From: an uncultured Planctomycetia bacterium
GTDB lineage: Bacteria; Omnitrophota; Gorgyraeia; Tantalellales; Tantalellaceae
Length of the DNA: 64,000 bases
Assembly (NCBI GenBank): GCA_964572255.1
Contig: CAZNEE010000005.1
Location: forward strand, 24,720-88,719
Reading direction: 5' to 3'
Part shown: in pieces, positions 46,393-59,461 of the stretch
Numbering within the stretch: the first letter of the stretch is position 1
Layout: each line of letters opens with the position of its first letter
The notes under the pieces: model-generated
Seen by the model: the letters and a program-made list of their open reading frames with translations, nothing else
Database searches by the model: none
Told to the model about the DNA's origin: nothing
Program-made: the position numbers and the translations under genes

Positions 46393-47811
46393 TTGATGGA
46401 TAATATTTGGGAAAAAGCCCTTTCTGTTCTGCAATCCGAGGTAAACGAACAGGTTTATAATGCCTGGTTCTCTCCTATACGGCAAGCTTCTTTACAAGAA
46501 AACACTATTTTTTTAAGTGTTCCGAATAAATTCTTCGAAAACTGGATCCGGGAAAAATATTTTAGTTTAATAAAAGCGGCCATACTGCAAGCTTCCGGCA
46601 AAGAAATGTCGATACAGTTTGATGTGTCGGAAACTTCTTCGCCTCCGGATGAAAACGTAGAAACAGTACCGGAGAAAAGCGGCCCTGCTCCGGTTCCGGC
46701 TGTTGAACAGCGCGAAAAAGAACGTTCATCGATGCACTGGCTGAAATCAATGCTTGGCGGAACCCGTCAAATGCCGGAAAGCCGTTACCAGGAGATCGGT
46801 CTTAACCCAAAATACACTTTTGACAATTTTGTTGTCGGGTCCAGCAACAGGTTTGCTCATGCCGCCGCTCTTTCTGTGTGTGACAATTTGTCCAAAAGCT
46901 ACAATCCCTTATTTATATACGGCGGTGTAGGGCTCGGAAAAACCCATTTGATGCAGGCCATAGGACATGCCGTCATTAAAAAGAATCCTAAGATCAAAAC
47001 TTTATATATCTCGAGTGAAGAATTTACAAATCAGCTTATCTCCGCTATCCGCACAAAAACGACTCCAAAGTTCCGTAATATGTACAGGAATGTCGATGTT
47101 CTCCTTATAGATGATATCCAATTTATCGCAGGAAAAAACTCGACACAAGAAGAGTTTTTCCACACCTTTAACACGTTATACGATGACCATAAACAAATAG
47201 TTCTTTCCAGCGACCGTTCTCCTCAAGAGATCCCGGGCCTGGAAGAACGTTTGGTTTCCCGTTTTGTCTGGGGGTTAATAGCGGACATCCAGCCTCCCGA
47301 CTTTGAAACACGTATAGCTATTTTTGAGAAAAAATGCGAAAACGAATCGGTGGAAATGCCGCAAGACGTTCTTTTCTTCCTGGCCGAAAAAATCAAAACC
47401 AATATCCGGGAAATGGAGGGCGCGCTTATCCGTGTTGTTGCTTACGCGAAGCTCACGGGCAGGAATATTTCCGTAGATCTTGCTAAAGAGGTTCTAAAGG
47501 GCATGATAATTGAGGAAGAGAAAAAGATCAGTGTTGACCAGATCCAGTCGACAGTTGCTGGGTATTTTAATATGAACGTCTCTGATATGAAATCTAAAAA
47601 AAGAACCCGCACAATAGCGTATCCTCGGCAAATGGCGATGTATCTTTCTCGCACATTAACAGATTACTCCTTGCCGGAGATAGGTGAGTTTTTTGGAGGA
47701 AGAGACCATTCAACTGTGTTACATGCTTGCGATAAGATCGAAAAGGAAATAAGCTCCAACGAAGAAACCCAAGAAATAGTGACTAAACTAAAGATCCAGA
47801 TAAAAAAATAG
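46393..47811 (+). CDS. dnaA: Chromosomal replication initiator DnaA
   Basis: YNPLFIYGGVGLGKTHL, IDDIQF, NIREMEG, GGRDHSTV; start TTG 46393 or ATG 46396. Confidence 0.98.
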   Translation: MMDNIWEKALSVLQSEVNEQVYNAWFSPIRQASLQENTIFLSVPNKFFENWIREKYFSLIKAAILQASGKEMSIQFDVSETSSPPDENVETVPEKSGPAPVPAVEQREKERSSMHWLKSMLGGTRQMPESRYQEIGLNPKYTFDNFVVGSSNRFAHAAALSVCDNLSKSYNPLFIYGGVGLGKTHLMQAIGHAVIKKNPKIKTLYISSEEFTNQLISAIRTKTTPKFRNMYRNVDVLLIDDIQFIAGKNSTQEEFFHTFNTLYDDHKQIVLSSDRSPQEIPGLEERLVSRFVWGLIADIQPPDFETRIAIFEKKCENESVEMPQDVLFFLAEKIKTNIREMEGALIRVVAYAKLTGRNISVDLAKEVLKGMIIEEEKKISVDQIQSTVAGYFNMNVSDMKSKKRTRTIAYPRQMAMYLSRTLTDYSLPEIGEFFGGRDHSTVLHACDKIEKEISSNEETQEIVTKLKIQIKK

Positions 47812-48036
47812 CGTTGATATGTTGTGGATAACTTTTATAAGGCTTCTGCTTGTTCTCCCATAAATATGAACACCCTTATGCACAGGCTTTTCTGGCCACA
47901 AGTGCTTTATTTAAAAGAACTTACAAGGTTATCCACAGAGAAACATACATACTATTATAACTATATACTACTGTTTTTTAAGAATAGTATAGAAAGAGCA
48001 TAACAGTACAGGAAAAATTTATTTTAGGAGGAAAAA
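47812..48036. other. Replication origin oriC (dnaA-dnaN intergenic region)
   Basis: Perfect DnaA boxes at 47823-47831 and 47929-47937, near-match TTATGCACA at 47876-47884, AT-rich DnaA-trio-like tract CATACTATTATAACTATATACTACT; gene orientation switches just upstream of dnaA. Confidence 0.85.
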
Positions 48037-49140
48037 ATGGACTTGACGATATCAAAGGAAGTTTTGGGTAATGGTATACAGATCGTTCAAAATGCTATCA
48101 CTCAAAAAAGCAGTTTACCCGTTCTTTCAAATGTATTATTGGAAGCAGACTTAGGAAAACTGCAATTAACTGCAACTGATTTAGACATAGGGATTTGCGC
48201 GACATTACCTGTAACCGTTAAAGATAAAGGAGCGATCACTGTGCCGGCAAGGAAATTTTTTGATATTGTTAAATCTTTGCCTGACGGAAGCGAAATACAG
48301 CTTTCAATCAAAAAAAACAACTCCATGACCATCAAAAGCGGGAAGGCGCAGTTTAGGATCATAGGGCTCCCCAAAGAAGAGTTCCCGCAGCTCCCAAAAT
48401 TCAAAGACAAAGATTCAATAACAATAGAACAAAGCTTACTTAAAGAGATGTTGAACTTAACGGAGTTTGCTGTAAGCAAAGACGATACCAGGTATGTGTT
48501 AAACGGGATCCTTCTCGAGCTTAAAGGGGATGATATGAGCATTGTTGCGACCGACGGAAGAAGGATGGCAGCCGTTCATAAAAAGCTGCCCACAAAAACA
48601 CTTGTCGACAGAGAGGAAATAATCCCGACCAAGACAGTTCAAGAGGTTAAAAGATTATTAGAAGATGAAGGAGAGGTAAAGATCCAGTTCAGCGACAATC
48701 AGGTCCTTTTTTCTTTTTCGGGATGTTTTATCATTTCCAGGCTTATTGAAGGGGAGTTCCCGAATTATAAAAAAGTTATTCCGGAGAAATCCCCAAAAGA
48801 GATCAAGGTTTCAAGAGAGGATTTTTTATCGGCAGCGAGAAGGGCAAGTATTTTTACGGATCAGGACTCACTTGCGATAAAACTCGATATACAAAAAACG
48901 AAAATGACAATATCGAAAAACACTCCTTATCTTGGAGAGGCCAAAGAACAGCTGGACATAAATTATTCCGGAAATGATGCTGTACAGATAGGATTTAACC
49001 CGCGTTATTTGATAGACGTTTTGAAGAATTTCCCGGGAACGGAAATTACATTTGAAGTTAATGACGCGACGAAGCCCGGGGTTATCCGGCGCGGGGAGGA
49101 ATACACGTACGTTGTTCTTCCGATGCAGCTCGCCGCTTAA
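48037..49140 (+). CDS. dnaN: DNA polymerase III beta clamp
   Basis: ATDLD, RYVLNG, ATDGRR, LIEGEFPNY, GFNPRY, VLPM. Confidence 0.97.
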   Translation: MDLTISKEVLGNGIQIVQNAITQKSSLPVLSNVLLEADLGKLQLTATDLDIGICATLPVTVKDKGAITVPARKFFDIVKSLPDGSEIQLSIKKNNSMTIKSGKAQFRIIGLPKEEFPQLPKFKDKDSITIEQSLLKEMLNLTEFAVSKDDTRYVLNGILLELKGDDMSIVATDGRRMAAVHKKLPTKTLVDREEIIPTKTVQEVKRLLEDEGEVKIQFSDNQVLFSFSGCFIISRLIEGEFPNYKKVIPEKSPKEIKVSREDFLSAARRASIFTDQDSLAIKLDIQKTKMTISKNTPYLGEAKEQLDINYSGNDAVQIGFNPRYLIDVLKNFPGTEITFEVNDATKPGVIRRGEEYTYVVLPMQLAA

Positions 49141-49460
49141 TGATGGAAAGAAAAAAAACAAAACACATAGATAGCGTTGTGTCGGGCCTGCTGCAGAGGC
49201 TGGAAGCTCATAAGGTAAAGAAGGCAAATGCCGTAAGAGAAGCGTGGCGGGAGGCCGTTTCAAAAAAAGCTCTGGGGCACACACAGCCGGTAAGTTTTAA
49301 AAACAATGTAATAATGGTCATTGTTGAGAATTCATCCTGGCTGTATGAATTGACCATGGAGAAGAAAGAAATACTCAAGAAGTTTAACAAAAAATATTCG
49401 GGAAGAAAAAAAGCGCGGGACATAAGGTTCAGAGTGGGCAAGATAGAGCTAAATATCTAG
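49140..49460 (+). CDS. DUF721/DciA family protein
   Basis: W..AV, V.VENSSW.YEL, IRFRVG; lies between dnaN and gyrB. Confidence 0.8.
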   Translation: MMERKKTKHIDSVVSGLLQRLEAHKVKKANAVREAWREAVSKKALGHTQPVSFKNNVIMVIVENSSWLYELTMEKKEILKKFNKKYSGRKKARDIRFRVGKIELNI

Positions 49461-49487
49461 CGCAGTTAATAAGGAAAGAAGGGATAA

Positions 49488-52016
<2,529 letters not shown>

Positions 52017-52039
52017 AAGATAAGTAGACAGGAGAGACA

Positions 52040-54499
52040 ATGTACACGAGAAACGAAAAAATTATCCCGATCTATATAGAAGAAGAAATGAAAAATTCTT
52101 ACATCAATTACGCGATGAGCGTTATTGTGGGGCGCGCGCTGCCGGATGTAAGAGACGGGCTAAAACCCGTACATAGGCGCATACTGTACGCCATGAAAGA
52201 TATGGGCATGCTGTACAACAAGCCATTTAAAAAGAGCGCAAGGATAGTCGGTGAGGTTTTAGGTAAATATCACCCGCACGGAGATACGGCTGTTTACGAT
52301 GCGCTTGTGCGTATGGTGCAAGAGTTCTCTCTCAGATATCCCCTCATTAACGGACAAGGCAACTTTGGTTCTTTAGACGGAGACCCTGCTGCGGCAATGA
52401 GGTATACCGAGGCAAGACTTCAGCAGATAACAAACCTGATGCTGCAGGACATAGAAAAAGAAACAGTGGACTTCCAGCCGAACTTTGACGGATCACTTAT
52501 AGAGCCCACGGTTTTGCCGGCGGCCTTGCCGAATCTTTTGATAAACGGGTCTAGCGGTATTGCCGTAGGAATGGCAACAAATATCCCTCCGCACAATCTC
52601 GGAGAAATAGCAGATGCGGTATGTCACCTGATCGATACCCCCGAAGCTTCGATAGATGATCTGATAAAGATCGTTAAAGGGCCGGACTTCCCTACAGGCG
52701 CTCTTATTTGCGGGAAGGAAGAAATCGTGAGAGCCTATAAAACCGGACGTGGAAGCCTCAAAATGCACGCAAAAGCACATGTTGAACAGAAAAAACAGGG
52801 AAAAGAAAGCATTGTCGTTTCCGAAATCCCGTATCAGGTGAGCAAATCGAAACTAATAACTTCCATGGCAGATCTGGTCAAAAACAAGAAAGTTGAAGGA
52901 GTTGCTGACATAAGAGACGAATCTGATAAAGACGGGATCAGGATCGTTATTGATGTCCGCAGGGGACAGAGTACCGACATTATCATGAACCAATTGTACA
53001 AGCATACACAGATGAAAGAAACATTTGGCGTGATAATGTTAGCAATTGTTGACGGGGAGCCAAGAACGCTTAACCTTAAGGAGATGCTGGAATTATTTAT
53101 TAAGCACCGCAAGGACATCATTATAAAACGAACAAAATTTGATCTTGCCAAAGCCGAAGACAGGGCCCACATATTAGAAGGATTAAAGATAGCCGTAAAA
53201 AATATAGATGCAGTGATAAAGCTTATAAAGGCTTCGAAAGACCCGGAAACAGCCAAAATAGGCCTGATGAAAAAATTTGATTTGTCAGAAAAACAGGCCC
53301 TGGCGATCCTTGCGATGAGGCTGCAGAACCTTACTAACCTTGAGACAAAAAAACTGGAAGAGGAATATAAGGAGCTTATCAAATTGATCGAGAAACTCAA
53401 AGGAATACTTGCCAGCGAAAAGAAGGTGCTGGAGATAATAAAAGAAGAAACCCTGGAACTCAGGGAAAAATTCGCCGATCCGCGCAGGACAGAAATAACA
53501 AAAGCGGCAGAAGAGTTAGACATAGAAGACTTGATCGCGGAAGAGGACATGGTAATAACTGTAAGCCATGCGGGCTACATAAAAAGGTTCCCGGTAAGCG
53601 CTTATAAAAAGCAAAGGCGCGGAGGCAAAGGGGTCACGGGAGCAGAAACAAAAGAAGAAGATTTTATCGAACACCTCTTTGTGGCCTCAACACATGATTA
53701 TATGCTTATCTTCACCAGCGAAGGGAAATGCCATTGGCTTAAAGTGCATGAGATCCCTCAAGCAGGAAAAAGAACTAAAGGCAGGCCCATCGTTAACATG
53801 CTGGGGATCCGCGATACAGAAAAACTAACAGCAGTCGTTCCCGTGAGAGAATTTGCAGAAGGCAAATTCGTTGTTATGGCCACGGAACAAGGGAAGATCA
53901 AAAAGACACCGCTTGAGGCGTTCAGCAACCCCAGAAAAGGAGGGATCATCGCCATGACCCTGGGGAAAGAAGACCAGCTTATAGAGACGATCATTTCCGA
54001 GGGTGATGACCAGATATGCCTGGCAACAGCAAGCGGAAAAGCAATAAGATTTAAAGAAAAGGACATAAGGTCCATGGGGAGGACAGCCCAGGGAGTTAAA
54101 GGCATGTCTCTCGGGAAAAAAGACCAGGTTGTAGGGATGGTTAAAGTTAATCCTGATGCCTCGCTTTTAACTGTCAGCGAAAACGGTTTCGGGAAACGAA
54201 CAGAATTTGAAGAATATCGCGTGCAGTCACGCGGAGGGAGCGGGATTATCAATTTAAAAGTTGTTGCGAAAAACGGGCCGGTTGTCGGCATAAAAGCGCT
54301 GAGAGACGAAGATGAAATAATGCTTATTTCAAAACGCGGGATGGTGGTTCGGGTCGCCGTTAAAGGGATAAGCAAGGTGGGAAGAGCCACTCAAGGAGTA
54401 AGAGTGATCACCTTAAAGGCGCAAGACAAGCTTACTTCTATCGCAAGCGTTGTTTCGCGCGAGGAGGAAGAAGAAGTAGAAGGAGCGCAAGAAAAGTAA
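52040..54499 (+). CDS. gyrA: DNA gyrase subunit A
   Basis: [19 protein letters not shown], GyrA-box QRRGGKG. Confidence 0.98.
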   Translation: MYTRNEKIIPIYIEEEMKNSYINYAMSVIVGRALPDVRDGLKPVHRRILYAMKDMGMLYNKPFKKSARIVGEVLGKYHPHGDTAVYDALVRMVQEFSLRYPLINGQGNFGSLDGDPAAAMRYTEARLQQITNLMLQDIEKETVDFQPNFDGSLIEPTVLPAALPNLLINGSSGIAVGMATNIPPHNLGEIADAVCHLIDTPEASIDDLIKIVKGPDFPTGALICGKEEIVRAYKTGRGSLKMHAKAHVEQKKQGKESIVVSEIPYQVSKSKLITSMADLVKNKKVEGVADIRDESDKDGIRIVIDVRRGQSTDIIMNQLYKHTQMKETFGVIMLAIVDGEPRTLNLKEMLELFIKHRKDIIIKRTKFDLAKAEDRAHILEGLKIAVKNIDAVIKLIKASKDPETAKIGLMKKFDLSEKQALAILAMRLQNLTNLETKKLEEEYKELIKLIEKLKGILASEKKVLEIIKEETLELREKFADPRRTEITKAAEELDIEDLIAEEDMVITVSHAGYIKRFPVSAYKKQRRGGKGVTGAETKEEDFIEHLFVASTHDYMLIFTSEGKCHWLKVHEIPQAGKRTKGRPIVNMLGIRDTEKLTAVVPVREFAEGKFVVMATEQGKIKKTPLEAFSNPRKGGIIAMTLGKEDQLIETIISEGDDQICLATASGKAIRFKEKDIRSMGRTAQGVKGMSLGKKDQVVGMVKVNPDASLLTVSENGFGKRTEFEEYRVQSRGGSGIINLKVVAKNGPVVGIKALRDEDEIMLISKRGMVVRVAVKGISKVGRATQGVRVITLKAQDKLTSIASVVSREEEEEVEGAQEK

Positions 54500-54507
54500 A
54501 AAACTTG

Positions 54508-54536
54508 TTGCAAAGAAAAAAACTATTTTGTAGAAT
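54508..54536 (+). promoter_or_regulatory. tRNA-Glu promoter
   Basis: TTGCAA-17 nt-TAGAAT. Confidence 0.65.
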
Positions 54537-54554
54537 AAGGCCTCAAAAATTTAC

Positions 54555-54632
54555 GTCCCCATCGTCTAGCCTGGCCTAGGACATCAGATTTTCATTCTGA
54601 CGACCGGGGTTCGAATCCCCGTGGGGACGCCA
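54555..54632 (+). tRNA. tRNA-Glu(TTC)
   Basis: GTCCCCATCGTCTAG...TCAGA-TTTTCAT-TCTGA...GTTCGAATC...GCCA. Confidence 0.96.
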
Positions 54633-54637
54633 GAAGC

Positions 54638-54669
54638 AAAAAAGGCCACTCGCAAGAGCGGCCTTTTTC
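54638..54669 (+). terminator. Intrinsic terminator after tRNA-Glu
   Basis: AAAAAGGCCACTC-GCAA-GAGCGGCCTTTTT. Confidence 0.75.
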
Positions 54670-54781
54670 TTTTTCAAAACAAGGCAGAGCACAAAAAATC
54701 TTCTCCTCTCGCCGAATATGCGCTATAATTACAGGAATAAATATAATTATTATATGCACTAAAAAATAAAAGGAGGAAAAA

Positions 54782-55018
54782 ATGCCGTATGAACGCGATC
54801 TGGACGAATGTCTGTTTTCGAAATCCTGTGAAGTAGATGCAGACAGGTTGACTGTAAGCATCTATTCTTACAATCAAGGCGCGAAAAAAATGCAGATTAC
54901 CAGAGAGAACAGGAATGCTCAGGGGGAACTGCGCTTTGCCAAGCTGGGAAGAATGACCAAACAGGAGGCCGAAGCCGTTATTCCCATGATGCAGGAAGCA
55001 ATAAAATCCATGGATTAA
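54782..55018 (+). CDS. Small hypothetical protein, possible PC4/YdbC-like ssDNA-binding fold
   Basis: SD AGGAGG; beta-rich LTVSIYSYNQG.KKMQITR followed by a C-terminal helix. Confidence 0.6.
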   Translation: MPYERDLDECLFSKSCEVDADRLTVSIYSYNQGAKKMQITRENRNAQGELRFAKLGRMTKQEAEAVIPMMQEAIKSMD

Positions 55019-55031
55019 AAAGGGAGGCGCT

Positions 55032-55709
55032 ATGAAGAAAGGTTTTACAGTATTTTCTGTATTTGCGTTTATTTTGTGCTTAACAATTCCTTGCTTTGCG
55101 CAGGACAAATGGGACAACCTTTTAGTTGAATCAGCCAGGGTTTTTGAAGAAATGACAAAAATGCCCGAACAAGGGATCCCGGAATCCTTGTTGAAGGATG
55201 CTTACGCGATCGCGATATTCCCCTCAACCGTTAGCGGAGGGTTTGTTTTCGGAGGCAAATATGGGCAGGGGGCAATAGTTGCGAAAGATAAAGGCAAAGG
55301 CACCTGGAGCAATCCGGCAGTTTTTAACCTTGCAGGGATAAGCTGGGGACTTCAGATAGGCGGTCAAGCCACAGATATTATATTGCTTATTATGAGCGAA
55401 AGAGGACTTGACGGCCTCCTTCAGAGCAAGCTCAAACTGGGAGGGGACGCGGCAGTGTCAGCAGGCCCCGTTGGAAGGGACGCAGCTGCGGCAACAGACC
55501 TCCAGCTAAAAGGAGGGATACTTTCATATTCAAGAAGTAGAGGCGCTTTTATAGGAGTAAAATTAGAAGGAGCAGTGATCTCCCAGAACAGTGAGGCCAA
55601 TTCTGATCTATACGGAAGCGGAATGACAGCCAGGGATATTTTAATTAACAACAAGGGGACTGCGCCGGAATCAGCCGGCAGGCTTTTAAGCGATCTGGCC
55701 AAATATTGA
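55032..55709 (+). CDS. SYLF/Ysc84 lipid-binding domain protein, exported
   Basis: Signal peptide, GIP..LL..A, GG.YGQG, SWGLQIGGQ, AGPVGR, YSRSRG, N..LYG. Confidence 0.9.
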   Translation: MKKGFTVFSVFAFILCLTIPCFAQDKWDNLLVESARVFEEMTKMPEQGIPESLLKDAYAIAIFPSTVSGGFVFGGKYGQGAIVAKDKGKGTWSNPAVFNLAGISWGLQIGGQATDIILLIMSERGLDGLLQSKLKLGGDAAVSAGPVGRDAAAATDLQLKGGILSYSRSRGAFIGVKLEGAVISQNSEANSDLYGSGMTARDILINNKGTAPESAGRLLSDLAKY

Positions 55710-55732
55710 GACGCGGGTTTTAAGGAAAAAAG

Positions 55733-57205
55733 ATGATCTATTATAAGGGCAAAGACAGGGGGCTTATAGTTGTATCAAATAGGCTCCCTTTCTATAAAAA
55801 TATAGATGAAAAAGGAAAAATTGTCTGGGCCAAAGCCGCAGGCGGACTGATCACTGCGCTGGAACCGATCATTATTCAAGCTGAAGGGACATGGCTGGGA
55901 TGGGACGGACATGTTGTCGAGGAAATAAAAGAACCGGGAAAAGTAGTAACTTATGATGTTAAAGAGGTCAGTCCAGACGAAACGGGAAAAGAGGAATCAT
56001 ATAGTTTAGGATGCGTCCCGCTAACCGAAGAAGAAGTTGAAAAATATTATAACAGATTTTCTAACGGAACATTATGGGCGCTTTTTCATTACTTTTTTGA
56101 AAAATCTCATATAGACTATCCTTCCTGGCGGACATATCTTGATATTAACAAACGATTCGCGGATTATGTTGATAAGATCGCGTCAGAAGACGATATAATC
56201 TGGATACAGGATTTCCATCTTTTTTTAACCCCGTATTTCTTGAGAAAAATCAGACCCAAGCAGGAGATACATTTTTTCCTTCACATACCCTTCCCCCACA
56301 TGGACATTTTTTCGATCCTGCCCTGGCAAAGGCAGATATTAGAATCTCTTCTTTGCTGTAATACGATCGGATTTCACCACAAACAGTATTTTAGGAATTT
56401 CATGGGGGCGGTTGAAGTTTACAGGAAAGAGATGAAAATTTCCGGGAAAAAGAGCATAGCAGAAAAGATCAAAACGCACGCTTATGCCAATCCGATAAGC
56501 ATAGATTTTAATCTTATTGACAGAACGTCCCGCAAAGAAGAAGTGATAAAGAGGAAAAATGAGATCAGGGAGCAAGCAGCATGTCCGAAGCTTATAATAG
56601 GGGTCGATCGCATTGATTATTCCAAAGGCATAAAGGAAAGATTGTTGGGTCTTGAGTATCTTCTAACAGAGCACCCGGAGATTAAAGAACAGTTCTTTTA
56701 TTACCAGCTGGTCATCCCGAGCAGAGAATCTGTGGAAACATACCAAAAGCTCAAAAAAGAGATCGATGAAATTATCGGCAGGATCAACGGAAAATTCTCG
56801 ACCGGACTGTGGTCGCCGGTCCACTATAATTACGGTACAGTTCCTTTTGAAGAGCTGGTTGCCCTGTACCTGGCTTCTGACGTAGCTCTCGTGACGCCTT
56901 TGAGGGACGGGATGAATTTAGTTTGCAAAGAATATGTTGCGGCGCATTCCGACAATGACGGGGTTTTAGTGCTTTCCAAATTCGCCGGGGCGATAGCTGA
57001 GATAAAAAATTGTCTGCCGGTCAACCCGTACAGCATAGAAGACATAGCAAACGCTATCCACCAGGCGCTGCATATGCCAAAAGGCGAGCGGAGAAAAAGA
57101 ATGGGCAAAATGAGGAAAAACATACAATCAAACAATATTAAAACCTGGCTCAATCATTGCTTGCAGCACTTCGAAATGTCCAAGGGTCCCTTTATCCCCG
57201 AATAA
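55733..57205 (+). CDS. otsA: Trehalose-6-phosphate synthase (GT20)
   Basis: SNRLP, GGL, WIQDFHL, FLHIPFP, DRIDYSKG, RDGMNLVCKEY. Confidence 0.9.
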   Translation: MIYYKGKDRGLIVVSNRLPFYKNIDEKGKIVWAKAAGGLITALEPIIIQAEGTWLGWDGHVVEEIKEPGKVVTYDVKEVSPDETGKEESYSLGCVPLTEEEVEKYYNRFSNGTLWALFHYFFEKSHIDYPSWRTYLDINKRFADYVDKIASEDDIIWIQDFHLFLTPYFLRKIRPKQEIHFFLHIPFPHMDIFSILPWQRQILESLLCCNTIGFHHKQYFRNFMGAVEVYRKEMKISGKKSIAEKIKTHAYANPISIDFNLIDRTSRKEEVIKRKNEIREQAACPKLIIGVDRIDYSKGIKERLLGLEYLLTEHPEIKEQFFYYQLVIPSRESVETYQKLKKEIDEIIGRINGKFSTGLWSPVHYNYGTVPFEELVALYLASDVALVTPLRDGMNLVCKEYVAAHSDNDGVLVLSKFAGAIAEIKNCLPVNPYSIEDIANAIHQALHMPKGERRKRMGKMRKNIQSNNIKTWLNHCLQHFEMSKGPFIPE

Positions 57206-57208
57206 AAA

Positions 57209-58024
57209 ATGAAACATTTGATCAAAGAATGGAAAAAGATAAGCAAGGACATAGAAGGAAAACACTTGTATCTTTTTCTGGATTTTGACGGGACATTGAC
57301 GCGTATCAGAAAACATCCGGCAAAAGTCAGGCTTAGCATGGGAACGAGAGGGGCGATCAAGGATCTGGCTTCCTTGGGCAATGTGTCAGTGGCTATTATA
57401 AGCGGGAGAAGCCTCGAAGATATAACCAAAAGAGTCGGGGTAAAAAATATCACATATGCCGGCAACCACGGCCTGGAGATCAAAGGGGAGGACGGGCAGC
57501 ATATCGTGAAGGGGGTCAAAGAGGCGAAGAAAGTCATCTCCGGCATAAATAAACAAATAAAAGAAAGAACAGCATCATTTGAAGGGGTCATAGTTGAGGA
57601 TAAAAAAGTTTCTTTAAGCGTGCATTACAGAATGGCAAGGAAGCGCGATATCCGGGAAGTCAACAGGATAGTAGAGGGAACAACAGCTCCTTATCGCGCC
57701 AAAAGAAGGATCAAGCTTACCCGGGGCAAAAAGGTGTGGGAAATACGCCCCCCCATTGATTGGGACAAAGGAGCAGCCGTTTTATACCTGCTGGAAAAGA
57801 AAAGAAAAAAAACAAAGGCACGGATCGTTCCTTTATATATAGGAGACGACAAAACAGATGAAGATGCTTTCCGCAAGCTTAAAGGGAAAGGATGGTCAGT
57901 GAGGGTCGCAAAAGACAAGAAGCATCCCAGCAGAGCGAAGCATTATTTAAAAGGGACAGAGGAGGTAAAAAACTTTCTTCTAAGACTTTACCGCTTAAAA
58001 AGAGAGGAGAGACGGCATGTTTGA
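57209..58024 (+). CDS. otsB: Trehalose-6-phosphate phosphatase (HAD)
   Basis: [36 protein letters not shown]. Confidence 0.92.
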   Translation: MKHLIKEWKKISKDIEGKHLYLFLDFDGTLTRIRKHPAKVRLSMGTRGAIKDLASLGNVSVAIISGRSLEDITKRVGVKNITYAGNHGLEIKGEDGQHIVKGVKEAKKVISGINKQIKERTASFEGVIVEDKKVSLSVHYRMARKRDIREVNRIVEGTTAPYRAKRRIKLTRGKKVWEIRPPIDWDKGAAVLYLLEKKRKKTKARIVPLYIGDDKTDEDAFRKLKGKGWSVRVAKDKKHPSRAKHYLKGTEEVKNFLLRLYRLKREERRHV

Positions 58025-59444
58025 TGATAGGAGCAGGAAGTACAGCAACGAGTATGTTCCCTTAAACCCTGTCGATATTAAATTGTACGAGCCTTTTGTC
58101 GGCAAAGAATTTATGGACGACCTGAAATTCATGGCAGATCCGTTAAATAAAAAAGTATGGGCGAATGTTAATTCTACTTTTGTCGGCGGAGGGGTCGCGG
58201 AAATGCTTCAAAGTGTTGTGCCTTTCGCCAGAGGGCTTGGCATAGACGCAAGATGGTTCGTTATTGAAGGAAGCGAAGAGTTTTTTAACGTTACTAAAAA
58301 ATTCCACAATTTACTCCAAGGGGTCGATCAGGATATAACGCTAAGAGAGATTTTTCACGCCTATCTTGATACGATCGACGAAAACACAAGAGAAGTCAAA
58401 GTTGTAGGGCACATGGTCACGATACATGACCCGCAACCCGCGGCAATAATAATGAACGGCAATGTGTACGGCCATATATTTTGGAGATGTCATATAGATA
58501 CTTCAAACGCCAGCCGCAGGATATGGCGGTTTTTATTGCCGTACATCAATCAATTTGAAGGTGCGATCTTTACTGCGAAAGAATTTGTCAGGGAAAATGT
58601 ACAGATACCGACCTATGAAATAAACCCGTCAATAGATCCTCTCCGCAAAAAGAACAGACAACGGACCAGAGAAGAAGCTCTTGCAGTATTGGAAACAATA
58701 TTTAACGAGAACAACATTGACCCGGAAAGACCGATCGTGGCAGCCGTGTCGAGATATGATGTGCACAAAAACCAGAAAACCATTTTGGAAGCTTTTAAAC
58801 TTCTGAAAAAGAAACTTTCAAAAGGCATCGATCCGGTTCTCGTGATAGTCGGGAATTCGGCGACAGATGATCCCGAAGGAACCGTTATGTACGAGAAAAT
58901 GAAGGAAATCGCAGAGGGAGAAAAAGATATTCACCTGTTGCTTAATGTGGAAAATAACGATGAAGTTATCGGTTCTCTAATGATGATAGCAGACTGCTTT
59001 GTCCATATTTCGACTAAAGAGGGATTCGGGCTTGTGGTTTCTGAGGCGATGTGGCAAGGAACCCCGGTTGTGGGGAGCACAATAGGGGGCATTACTAAAC
59101 AAGTCGTGAACGGACACAATGGCTTTTTAGTGGACCCTCATGAAACAGAAGAAGTGGCCAGCGCCATCAAGTCGATCCTGGAAGATGATCTTTTAAGGGA
59201 AACACTTTCAAAAAATGCCAAACAAACCGTGGAGCAGCATTTTCTTCTGCCGCGGATGGTTTACAAAGAACTGACGCTTATGCGTTATGCAATGGAAATA
59301 GACAATAAAGTGCCCTCCTTCAGGCTGAACAATCTGACATATAGGGAGATAACTCAAGCTTTGTATGGCAGAACAGTCTGGCCGTTTTCGACAGATGATC
59401 TCAAAAAGCGCATTGAAGCGATTTGGGAAGGGCTGGAAAAATAA
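58017..59444 (+). CDS. TreT-like GT4 glycosyltransferase (trehalose synthase family)
   Basis: VNSTFVGGGVAEML, IHDPQP, WRCHID, EGFGLVVSEAMW. Confidence 0.85.
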   Translation: MFDDRSRKYSNEYVPLNPVDIKLYEPFVGKEFMDDLKFMADPLNKKVWANVNSTFVGGGVAEMLQSVVPFARGLGIDARWFVIEGSEEFFNVTKKFHNLLQGVDQDITLREIFHAYLDTIDENTREVKVVGHMVTIHDPQPAAIIMNGNVYGHIFWRCHIDTSNASRRIWRFLLPYINQFEGAIFTAKEFVRENVQIPTYEINPSIDPLRKKNRQRTREEALAVLETIFNENNIDPERPIVAAVSRYDVHKNQKTILEAFKLLKKKLSKGIDPVLVIVGNSATDDPEGTVMYEKMKEIAEGEKDIHLLLNVENNDEVIGSLMMIADCFVHISTKEGFGLVVSEAMWQGTPVVGSTIGGITKQVVNGHNGFLVDPHETEEVASAIKSILEDDLLRETLSKNAKQTVEQHFLLPRMVYKELTLMRYAMEIDNKVPSFRLNNLTYREITQALYGRTVWPFSTDDLKKRIEAIWEGLEK

Positions 59445-59461
59445 AAGGGAAATGGGGATAA

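Noticed and set aside
52834-54390. Long antisense ORFs of 238 and 210 aa within gyrA, and similar ones opposite hisG, ktrA and infC
   Set aside because: Ser/Phe/Leu-rich mirror frames expected from codon bias of the real genes.
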